DNA from: Eubacteriales bacterium
GTDB lineage: Bacteria > Bacillota > Clostridia > Oscillospirales > CAG-272
Reading direction: 5' to 3'
Assembly (NCBI GenBank): GCA_045587445.1
Contig: JAZNCH010000002.1
Location: 35,506-99,505 of the forward strand
Length of the DNA stretch: 64,000 bases
In this document: one piece after another, positions 29,723 through 37,228 of the stretch
Layout of the letters: each line of letters opens with the position of its first letter
Position numbering within the stretch: position 1 is the first letter of the stretch
Position numbers and translations under genes: made by a program
The notes under the pieces: generated by a model
Told to the model about the DNA's origin: nothing
What the model saw: the letters and a program-made list of their open reading frames with translations, nothing else
The model's database searches: none

Positions 29723-30799
29723 ATGAAAGAACTCAAGAAAAACTGTAAATACGCCCTTGTTGTTCCCACAAGTATGGGCGTTAGAATAACTCCCGAAAAC
29801 AGTCAGCCCGTTGCCGCAAGCGATATGTTCCGTATGCAAGCGACAAGTGCTGAAACAAACGTTGCAAGTATTTCCGCATACCTCGGTCTTCCAGTTAAAG
29901 TTCTTACAAGGTTTGTAAAGGGCAGTCCTATTGCCGCATTTATCAAGCAGAACCTCCGTTCCAGAGGTATGGATTTTGAAGGTAAAGACATTGAACAGGG
30001 CGGTCCTTGGGGGTATCGCCACCAATTTAATATCGCTGATAGCGGCTACGGACTCAGAGGTCCCCGCGTTGCCAACGACAGAGCAGGAGAAGTAGGAAGA
30101 ACTCTTTGCCTTGAAGACTTCGACCTCGAAAGAATCTTCGGCAAAGAAGGCGTACAGATACTCCACCTTTCCGGACTTATCGGTGCACTTTCTCCCGAAA
30201 CAAGCAAGTTCTGTCTTGAACTTGCAAGAGCTGCAAAGAAATACGGCACACTTATTTCCTTTGACCTTAACCACAGAGCTTCTTTCTGGGAAGGCAGAGA
30301 ACAGGAACTTCACAATATCTTTACAGAAATTGCAAGTGTATCCGATATTCTTGTCGGTAACGAAGAAGACTTCCAGCTTTGCCTTGGCATTGAAGGTCCC
30401 GAAGCGGGCGGTAAGGATATTTCTTCCAAAATTGAAAACTTTAAGGAAATGACCGCAAGAGCTAAGAAAGCGTTTCCCGAAACCTCGGTATTCGCAACGA
30501 CTCTCCGTCAGGTTATTAATGTAAATTTACACCTCTGGGGTGCTATTACCTTGGTTGGCGACGAGTGGTACATTGAAGAGCCTCGTGAAATCCGCGTTCT
30601 CGACAAAATCGGCGGCGGCGACGGCTTCGTAGGCGGTTTGCTCTACTCCATTCTTAAGGGCTGGGAGCCTGAAAAATGGGTTAAATTCGGTTGGGCTACA
30701 GGTGCTATGGCTACAACGTTCCTCACCGACTATGCACAGCCTTCCGACGAGGATCAAGTTTGGGCTATCTACGGCGGAAACGCAAGAGTTAAGAGATAA
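29723..30799 (+). CDS. PfkB-family sugar kinase (2-dehydro-3-deoxygluconokinase-like)
   Basis: 358 aa. The C-terminal motif DKIGGGDGFVGGLLY is the PfkB signature 2. Its length and N-terminus resemble KDG-kinase-type members. Confidence 0.7.
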   Translation: MKELKKNCKYALVVPTSMGVRITPENSQPVAASDMFRMQATSAETNVASISAYLGLPVKVLTRFVKGSPIAAFIKQNLRSRGMDFEGKDIEQGGPWGYRHQFNIADSGYGLRGPRVANDRAGEVGRTLCLEDFDLERIFGKEGVQILHLSGLIGALSPETSKFCLELARAAKKYGTLISFDLNHRASFWEGREQELHNIFTEIASVSDILVGNEEDFQLCLGIEGPEAGGKDISSKIENFKEMTARAKKAFPETSVFATTLRQVINVNLHLWGAITLVGDEWYIEEPREIRVLDKIGGGDGFVGGLLYSILKGWEPEKWVKFGWATGAMATTFLTDYAQPSDEDQVWAIYGGNARVKR

Positions 30800-30817
30800 A
30801 TTAACACAACGATTATT

Positions 30818-30877
30818 AAAAGGGAAAACTTTTTGAAAAAAGTTTTCCCTTTTTAAATCCCTTTCAAAAACTTTTAA
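30818..30877 (-). repeat. dispersed repeat E3 (variable-stem hairpin with T5-6/A5-6 apex + CAAAAACTT tail)
   Basis: The hairpin aaagggaaaacttttt-ga-aaaaagttttcccttt is followed by ccctttcaaaaactttt. It doubles as the terminator of the sugar kinase gene. Confidence 0.75.
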
Positions 30878-30995
30878 TAATGTTTTATGTAAATATATCG
30901 AGTTAAAATAATGCATTTTTATTCTTTACTTTTATGTTCGCGTGTGTTATACTATAGGGTGGAAAATAATTTTTCAAAGGCAAGGGGTAAACAGA

Positions 30996-31319
30996 ATGTC
31001 AAATAATTTATGCGAATCGAAAGAAATACGTTTCATTTGCGAGGAAATAAAGAAACTTTTTGACGTTGAATCCATTATCGTATTCGGTGTAAAACGCAGC
31101 GAAAACGATAATTCGGTTACTGACCTCGATATTTGCGTCGTTGCAAACACCGACGATAAAAACGCTTGGATAAAAAAAGCGTACATTGAAATAGACAGCG
31201 AAATACCTTTTGACCTTTTTCTTTATACTCCGAAAGAATGGGAGGCGCTGAACCAACAAAGCGAAAGCTTTGCTTCCCGTATCACTCGAAAGGGGTGCGT
31301 TTATTTTGGCAAGGCGTAA
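30996..31319 (+). CDS. minimal nucleotidyltransferase (MNT) domain protein, putative antitoxin
   Basis: ATG 30996 gives MSNNLCESKE.... The polymerase-beta-type NTase motif is FGVKRSENDNSVTDLDICVV. It overlaps the following HEPN gene. Confidence 0.75.
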   Translation: MSNNLCESKEIRFICEEIKKLFDVESIIVFGVKRSENDNSVTDLDICVVANTDDKNAWIKKAYIEIDSEIPFDLFLYTPKEWEALNQQSESFASRITRKGCVYFGKA

Positions 31320-31722
31320 ATCCCGAGACAGCAAGATTTATACAAATTGGATGATATACGCCGAAAATGACCTTCGCGCCGCCACTTCTCTCCGCAGAAA
31401 CAAGCACACGCTTCTTCTTTCGGCTTTTCATTCCCATCAAGCAATCGAAAAAACGTTAAAGGCTTATATGTTGGCGCAAAAAGGATTTGCCCCTGACGGT
31501 CATAATATTATATTTTTGTGCAAAACCGCAGCAAAAATTAACGAGGGGTTTTACGACTGGCTCGACGAGTGTATCGCTCTAAACAACTACTATATTCAAA
31601 CACGCTACCCGCCCGACTTCCCCCTCGAAATAGACAAGGCAACGGCAAAAAAGCTATCGGTAATGGCGCAAAACTTATACAGATTTGCGTTTAATGAATT
31701 GGTAAAAGTACAATTTGAATAA
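31306..31722 (+). CDS. HEPN domain protein, putative toxin partner of the MNT
   Basis: The classical HEPN pattern is present (W..AENDLRAA..., HQAIEKTLKAY, HNIIFL, IQTRYP). TTG 31306 overlaps the MNT stop and is preferred because the conserved Trp lies upstream of the first ATG. The start is uncertain. Confidence 0.7.
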   Translation: MARRKSRDSKIYTNWMIYAENDLRAATSLRRNKHTLLLSAFHSHQAIEKTLKAYMLAQKGFAPDGHNIIFLCKTAAKINEGFYDWLDECIALNNYYIQTRYPPDFPLEIDKATAKKLSVMAQNLYRFAFNELVKVQFE

Positions 31723-31764
31723 AAACCACCGAAAAAAACAGTTTCCTATATTAGAAGGTTTTTT

Positions 31765-33051
31765 ATGAATATCAATGAACTAAAGCTTTATATAAAAAAA
31801 GGAAAACTTAACGATAGATTTGCTTCTCTTTACGGCGAAAATATGATTGAATTCCAGACCGAAAGATACTTGAGAACCATCGACAACTACGTCTTGCAGT
31901 ACGGTGACGCAGGAAAAGATATGCAACTCTTCTCCGTTTCGGGCAGAAGCGAAATTTCGGGTAACCACACCGATCACAACAACGGTAAGATTATCGCTGC
32001 TGCAATAAATCTTGACATTATCGCAGTTGTATCGCAGAGAGACGACGGCATAATTAACGTTAAGAGTGAAGGCTTTGACAAGGTTGATACGATAAATATT
32101 AAAAACATTGCACCCGGTGAGAATTATTATTTTTCATCATATGCACTTATCGCCGGTATGTGCGACGGATTCAGAAACAAGGATTACAAAATCGGCGGAT
32201 TTGACGCATATACCACAAGCACAATTTTTAAGGGTTCGGGTCTTTCCTCCTCTGCCGCATTCGAGGTTATGATTGGTAACATTCTCAACCACCTTTACAA
32301 CGCCGGAAAGGTTGACAATGTTGAAATTGCAAAAATAGCTCAGTTTGCAGAAAACGTACACTTCGGCAAAAAGAGCGGTCTTATGGACCAGATGGCTTGT
32401 GCTGTCGGCGGCTTTATTAACATTGATTTTAAAGACACAAACAATCCTGTTATAAAGAAAATCAACTTTGATTTGAACAAATACGGATACTATCTTTACA
32501 TAGTAAACACAGGCGGAACCCACGCCGACCTCAACGCAGACTATTCTTCCGTACCCGAAGAGATGAAATCGGTTGCAAGATTACTTGGCAGTGAAGTGTT
32601 ACGTGAAGTTAAGTATTCGGATATTATCGACAATTCCGCTATGCTTCGCGAAAAGGTCGGCGACAGAGCAATACTCCGTTCAATTCACTATTTGAATGAA
32701 AACGAGAGAGTTACAAAACAGGTTGAAGCTCTCGAAAAGGGCGACCTTGACGGCTTTTTCGCAAACGTTATCGCTTCAGGGTTGTCAAGCTTCCGCTTCT
32801 TGCAGAACGTTTACACTGTAAAAAACGTTGAAGAGCAGGGACTTTCTCTCGCACTCGCTGTCTCCGAACAGGTATTGCTCGGTAAAAAGGCGGCTTGGCG
32901 TGTTCACGGCGGCGGCTTTGCAGGTACTATTCAGGCATTTGTTCCCATTAGTGAATCCGAAAATTACAAGAATGAAATTGAAAAAATATTTGGAAAAGGC
33001 AACTGCGTTGCACTCAGAGTAAGAAACGACGGTGCCGTAAAGGTTATATAA
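31765..33051 (+). CDS. galK: galactokinase-family GHMP kinase
   Basis: 428 aa. A galactokinase-signature-like GRSEISGNHTDHNNG and the GHMP motif GSGLSSSAAFEV are present. Confidence 0.65.
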   Translation: MNINELKLYIKKGKLNDRFASLYGENMIEFQTERYLRTIDNYVLQYGDAGKDMQLFSVSGRSEISGNHTDHNNGKIIAAAINLDIIAVVSQRDDGIINVKSEGFDKVDTINIKNIAPGENYYFSSYALIAGMCDGFRNKDYKIGGFDAYTTSTIFKGSGLSSSAAFEVMIGNILNHLYNAGKVDNVEIAKIAQFAENVHFGKKSGLMDQMACAVGGFINIDFKDTNNPVIKKINFDLNKYGYYLYIVNTGGTHADLNADYSSVPEEMKSVARLLGSEVLREVKYSDIIDNSAMLREKVGDRAILRSIHYLNENERVTKQVEALEKGDLDGFFANVIASGLSSFRFLQNVYTVKNVEEQGLSLALAVSEQVLLGKKAAWRVHGGGFAGTIQAFVPISESENYKNEIEKIFGKGNCVALRVRNDGAVKVI

Positions 33052-33054
33052 GAA

Positions 33055-33498
33055 ATGGCTAAAAAGAAACATAAAAAAAGAAGAAGCTTTATTCCCGAAA
33101 GCGAAGCCAAGAACGCGGTAAAAAAATCTTTTACCGCATTTAACTGGAAACTTTTTGGCAAGCTCGTACTTTCGTTTGTCATAATCTTCAGCTTATACCA
33201 GCTCGGACTAAAACTTGGCGAAATTTATAATCCGATTATTATAACGGTAGTTGTTGTTACTTATGTGATAGCAACGACAATACTTGCGGCGGTATTCATT
33301 ATTATGAACAGGGGAGTATCAAACGATGTCCCCACCAAAGAACAACTGCGAAATGATATGTCAGACGAAGAAAAAGAAAAGTTTATAGCTGATTTAATTG
33401 AAAGCAGAAAAAAAGCAAAGAAAATTCTTCTTGTGCTTATCCCTCTAATTTTTACTCTGCTTTTCGATATGCTCTATCTCTTCTTTTTGGTAAAGTAA
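33055..33498 (+). CDS. hypothetical membrane protein
   Basis: 147 aa with a Lys-rich N-terminus and 3 predicted TM helices. Confidence 0.5.
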   Translation: MAKKKHKKRRSFIPESEAKNAVKKSFTAFNWKLFGKLVLSFVIIFSLYQLGLKLGEIYNPIIITVVVVTYVIATTILAAVFIIMNRGVSNDVPTKEQLRNDMSDEEKEKFIADLIESRKKAKKILLVLIPLIFTLLFDMLYLFFLVK

Positions 33499-33528
33499 TC
33501 AGATATTGTATTTATATACGGTGAAACG

Positions 33529-34302
33529 ATGAACGAAAAAATTAGCGTTACCTCCCTTGCAGCAAGTTCAAGCGGTAATGCATACTACTTAAAATGCGGA
33601 GCTACCGAAATTCTTATAGATGCGGGTATATCCGCAAAAAGTATATGCGATAAGCTACACTGCTTGGGAACAGACATTGCAAACATTAATGCCATTTTTA
33701 TAACCCACGAGCATATTGACCATGTCAAAGGGTTGGCTGTATTGTCAAAAAAATGCAATATTCCGATACATATGACGTCCCCCTCGGCTATTGAATATAC
33801 GTTCAAATATCCCGAAACAAAAAATATTGTTGAGCACGACGTAAACTATTGCTGTAAAGTCGGAAATTTGACGGTAACGTCGTTTTTTTCCTCGCACGAC
33901 AGTTGTGCTTGCGTTGGGTATACCTTTGAGTCGGCAGACGATAAATTCGGTATAGCCACAGATATGGGATATATCGACAAAGCGGCTGTTAACGCGCTCC
34001 GCAATTGCAGAAGCGTGGTGCTTGAATCAAACTATGACGCAAAAATGCTTGAAAACGGCTGTTATCCTTTAATTTTAAAGGACCGAATACGTTCCAACCT
34101 TGGTCATCTTTCCAATTATGACTGCGCGGCGTTTGCACGTTTTCTTGCAGAGCAGGGAACGAAAAACTTTATGCTCGGGCACTTGAGCAACGAAAATAAC
34201 ACCCCCGAAATTGCTCTTGACATTACATCAAGAGCTTTGGCTGACTTTGACGAAGTAACCGTCAAGGTCGCATCAAAAAAAGAACTTACGTTTTTTGTAT
34301 AA
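33529..34302 (+). CDS. MBL-fold metallo-hydrolase (YycJ/WalJ-like)
   Basis: 257 aa with the beta-lactamase-fold motif ITHEHIDHVKG and downstream His/Asp ligands. Confidence 0.8.
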   Translation: MNEKISVTSLAASSSGNAYYLKCGATEILIDAGISAKSICDKLHCLGTDIANINAIFITHEHIDHVKGLAVLSKKCNIPIHMTSPSAIEYTFKYPETKNIVEHDVNYCCKVGNLTVTSFFSSHDSCACVGYTFESADDKFGIATDMGYIDKAAVNALRNCRSVVLESNYDAKMLENGCYPLILKDRIRSNLGHLSNYDCAAFARFLAEQGTKNFMLGHLSNENNTPEIALDITSRALADFDEVTVKVASKKELTFFV

Positions 34303-34308
34303 TTATTT

Positions 34309-34337
34309 CCTCCTCTTTTAAAGAGGAGGTTTTTTTA
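34309..34337 (+). terminator. intrinsic terminator after the MBL hydrolase gene
   Basis: The stem cctcctcttt/aagaggagg is followed by T7. Confidence 0.85.
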
Positions 34338-34341
34338 TCCC

Positions 34342-34400
34342 CCTACTTTCTTTAAGGAAGAAAGTAGGCAAAGAACCTTGAATAGCCGGTTTGTGCAAAC
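34342..34400 (-). repeat. dispersed repeat E1 (hairpin CCTACTTTCTT-N5-AAGAAAGTAGG + GCAAAGAACCTTGAAT + GTTTGTRCAAAC)
   Basis: The same composite occurs at 44057-44118 (+), 47215-47270 (-) and 48733-48791 (+). The hairpin alone occurs at 53831-53857. Confidence 0.85.
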
Positions 34401-34565
34401 ATAGAGCCTCGCCCTACAGGAGTGGTAGCACACGAAGTATGACGGAGATGGCTTTTAAGGAAGAAAGTAGGCAAAGAACCTTGAATAGCCAGTTTGTGCA
34501 AACATAGAGCCTCGCCCTACAGGAGTGGCAGCACACGAAGTATGACGGAGATGGCTTTTAAGGAA
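34352..34565. repeat. tandem direct repeat, 103-bp unit x 2 plus 8 bp
   Basis: Units 34352-34454 and 34455-34557 differ at 2 positions (G/A at 34389/34491, corrected by alignment, and T/C in gtggTagc/gtggCagc). The next 8 nt, ttaaggaa, restart the unit. Confidence 0.95.
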
Positions 34566-34588
34566 ATAAATTAAATTGTTGTATATTA

Positions 34589-34617
34589 TTGACAAGCACA
34601 AAACATGGTGATATAAT
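34589..34617 (+). promoter_or_regulatory. sigma-A-type promoter (TTGACA-17-TATAAT, TG-extended) of the permease/wHTH-LicC pair
   Basis: Both hexamers are perfect and the -10 reads tgaTATAAT. It predicts a 5' leader of about 160 nt. Confidence 0.65.
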
Positions 34618-34781
34618 AATCAATGTCAGTTCAAAAAAACACAAATCACCTATCTTTTTGAACACATTTCATCTAAAAAAGCGTTGTGCTATTGAACTTT
34701 AAACAAACATAGCGTTCAACTCTTGAGCGATATTCAAACATATTAATACACACTTGGTTGTATAAAAGGAGGAATTAAACT

Positions 34782-36257
34782 ATGGATAATAAACAACCTA
34801 CTTTAAAAAAGCAACTTAATCCTATGAATGTTTGGGCAATTGCTTTCGGTTGTATAATCGGCTGGGGTTCATTCATTAATCCCGGTAAAAAGTTCTTGCC
34901 AAACTCAGGTGTTGCAGGAACAGCAATTGCAATGGTTTTGGGAGCATTAGTTATGATAATTATAGCTTTCAGCTATGCTTACATGGTTCCAAAATTTCCA
35001 AAGGCAGGCGGAGAATTTACTTTTACAAAAGAATGTTTTGGTAAAATTCCAGCGTATTTATGCGGTTGGTTCTTGGTTGCAGCATACTTGACCAACGTCC
35101 CGATGAACTCTACTGCTATCGGGCTAATTGTTGACGGACTAGACGGTGCCGCAAACATTTTGAAATTCGGTTTTTCTTATACAATAGCCGGATTTAACGT
35201 TTATTTTGGCGAAATCATTTTTGCATCGGCAATTTTGATTCTTTTCGCGATATTTAACTTGTTGGGCGTAAAAAAAGCAGGATACGTTCAAACAATATTA
35301 GCAGTTCTTTTGGCTGTTTCGGTTTTTACACTGACAATTGCCGCACTTTTTTCCCCAAAAACTAATCTTCAAAATACAGCTCCTATCTGGGGCTTTGATA
35401 AGACCGGAGCCGTAGAAGCAGTAACAAACGGTACATACACAGACATCAGCTCTTTTGCAAAAAGCGGCACCTCCGGTATCATATCGGCAATTCTTGCAAC
35501 TTTTGCAATTGCACCTTGGGCTTTCGTAGGTTTTGATACAATTCCTCAGGCAGCTGAAGAATTTAAGTTCTCATACAAAAAAGTAAGCATGATAATGATA
35601 ATTGCAATTATATTCGGATGTTTTGTATACACCGCAAATAATACTATTGCGGCTGCCGCACTCTCAAATTGGCCAGATTTGATTGTACAGTCAGATTCTA
35701 CCCCTTGGCTTTTGTTAGCAGCTGCAGAGCATTTATTGGGCTTGCCCGGTAAGATCTTGGTAGGCGTTGCAGTTTCATGTGCTGTATTGTCAGGTATTAT
35801 GGGATTCTATATAGCTTCATCACGTTTAATGTTTTCAATGAGCCGTGACGGATACTTACCCGCAGTTTTCGGTAAATTAGATGAGAAACGCGGTGTTCCC
35901 AAGAACGCTATGATATTCTGTTTAATTATATCTCTTTGCGGTCCGATTTTGGGAAGAGAGGCACTTGGCTGGTTTGTTGATATGTCAGCAATTGGTGCAT
36001 CTATCGGCTTTGGGTTTACATGTCTTTCAACGCTTGTTACATTAAAACGCAGGGGTGAAAACAAATTGTTTATCAAAACTATGGCGATTTTGGGCTCAAT
36101 TTTCTCAGGATTATTTATGGTTCTCCAGTTAATACCTATCCCCGGTCTTTCAGGCGTACATTTTGGAAAAGAATCCTATATAATGCTTGTTATCTGGATA
36201 GTACTTGGAGTAGTATTCTATTTTTTCAAAGGCAAACAGTTTGATAACAACAATTAA
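34782..36257 (+). CDS. APC-superfamily amino acid/amine permease
   Basis: 491 aa with about 12 TM helices and an N-terminal NVWAIAFGCIIGWGSF region typical of the APC family. Confidence 0.75.
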   Translation: MDNKQPTLKKQLNPMNVWAIAFGCIIGWGSFINPGKKFLPNSGVAGTAIAMVLGALVMIIIAFSYAYMVPKFPKAGGEFTFTKECFGKIPAYLCGWFLVAAYLTNVPMNSTAIGLIVDGLDGAANILKFGFSYTIAGFNVYFGEIIFASAILILFAIFNLLGVKKAGYVQTILAVLLAVSVFTLTIAALFSPKTNLQNTAPIWGFDKTGAVEAVTNGTYTDISSFAKSGTSGIISAILATFAIAPWAFVGFDTIPQAAEEFKFSYKKVSMIMIIAIIFGCFVYTANNTIAAAALSNWPDLIVQSDSTPWLLLAAAEHLLGLPGKILVGVAVSCAVLSGIMGFYIASSRLMFSMSRDGYLPAVFGKLDEKRGVPKNAMIFCLIISLCGPILGREALGWFVDMSAIGASIGFGFTCLSTLVTLKRRGENKLFIKTMAILGSIFSGLFMVLQLIPIPGLSGVHFGKESYIMLVIWIVLGVVFYFFKGKQFDNNN

Positions 36258-36279
36258 TAAAAAAATCAGGTGATACAAT

Positions 36280-37173
36280 ATGCAAAAGAAAGAATTTGAA
36301 ATATTAACTTTAATGGAGCAGAGTCAAGAATCTCTTACACAACGACAGATAACTTCATCCCTTGGTTTTTCCATCGGTACGGTTAACAAACTTATAAAAA
36401 GCCTTACTGAATCAGGTTGGGTTGCAGACGGAAAAATAACATCTGCAGGTATTGAGGCTTTGGAACCCTACAGAGTAAAAAGAGCAATATTTCTTGCTGC
36501 AGGTTTTGGTTCGAGAATGGTCCCCCTTACATTTAACACCCCCAAGCCATTGGTTCGTGTTCACGGAACAAGAATGATTGACACACTGCTTGATGCAGTT
36601 GTAGCAGCAGGAATTCCTGAAATAATAGTAGTTAGAGGCTATTTGGGCGAACAGTTTGACCAGCTTTTATACAAATATCCAATGATAAAGTTTATGGAAA
36701 ATCCTATGTATAACGAGGCAAATAATATTTCATCAGCAATGGTTGCGCGTTATCTTTTCCAAAATGCTTATGTTTTGGAAGCGGATTTGGTGCTCAGTAA
36801 TCCAAAGTTTATTCGCAAATATGAATACTCCACAAACTTTATGGGAATTCCCGTTGATGTAACTGATGACTGGTGTCTTTATATCGACAAGAACGGATAT
36901 GTTGCAAAGCAGGCCGTAGGTGGAACAAATTGTTATCAGATGGTTGGAATTTCTTATTGGGATGCAAAAGCAGGAGCAAAGCTTACAAATGATATAGAAG
37001 AAGTATATCGCAGCCCCGGTGGCAAGGAACGTTATTGGGAACAGGTAGCTTTGTTGTACAAAAAAGAAAACTACAAAGTGGCTATTAGAGAATGCAAGAG
37101 TGAAGATATTGTAGAAATTGATTCATATAGTGAACTTAAACGAATTGACCCTCTCTATGCAGATAAACTTTAA
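36280..37173 (+). CDS. winged-helix domain fused to a LicC-like phospho-base cytidylyltransferase
   Basis: The N-terminal roughly 65 aa are MarR-like wHTH (LTQRQITSSLGFSIGTVNKLIKSLTESGWV). They are followed by the NTP-transferase motif AIFLAAGFGSRMVPLTFNTPKPLV. Confidence 0.7.
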   Translation: MQKKEFEILTLMEQSQESLTQRQITSSLGFSIGTVNKLIKSLTESGWVADGKITSAGIEALEPYRVKRAIFLAAGFGSRMVPLTFNTPKPLVRVHGTRMIDTLLDAVVAAGIPEIIVVRGYLGEQFDQLLYKYPMIKFMENPMYNEANNISSAMVARYLFQNAYVLEADLVLSNPKFIRKYEYSTNFMGIPVDVTDDWCLYIDKNGYVAKQAVGGTNCYQMVGISYWDAKAGAKLTNDIEEVYRSPGGKERYWEQVALLYKKENYKVAIRECKSEDIVEIDSYSELKRIDPLYADKL

Positions 37174-37183
37174 TTTATAACAC

Positions 37184-37228
37184 AAAAACCCCACTAAAAG
37201 AAGTAAATTTCTTTTAGTGGGGTTTTTT
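37184..37228. terminator. bidirectional terminator between the wHTH-LicC gene and spoIIE
   Basis: A 14-bp stem, ccccactaaaagaa/ttcttttagtgggg, is flanked by A5 and T6. Confidence 0.85.

Noticed and set aside
29555-30313. A 252-aa minus-strand ORF spanning the gnd/kinase junction.
   Set aside because: It is antisense to two well-supported genes and has no motif or RBS. It is a shadow ORF. The same reasoning applies to 11548..12036, 13979..14527, 23456..24001, 44987..45541, 58423..58866 and 61833..62387.
34352-34565. Possible CRISPR array or minisatellite.
   Set aside because: There are only two directly abutting 103-bp units with no unique spacers, and no cas genes are present. It is a tandem duplication, not a CRISPR array.
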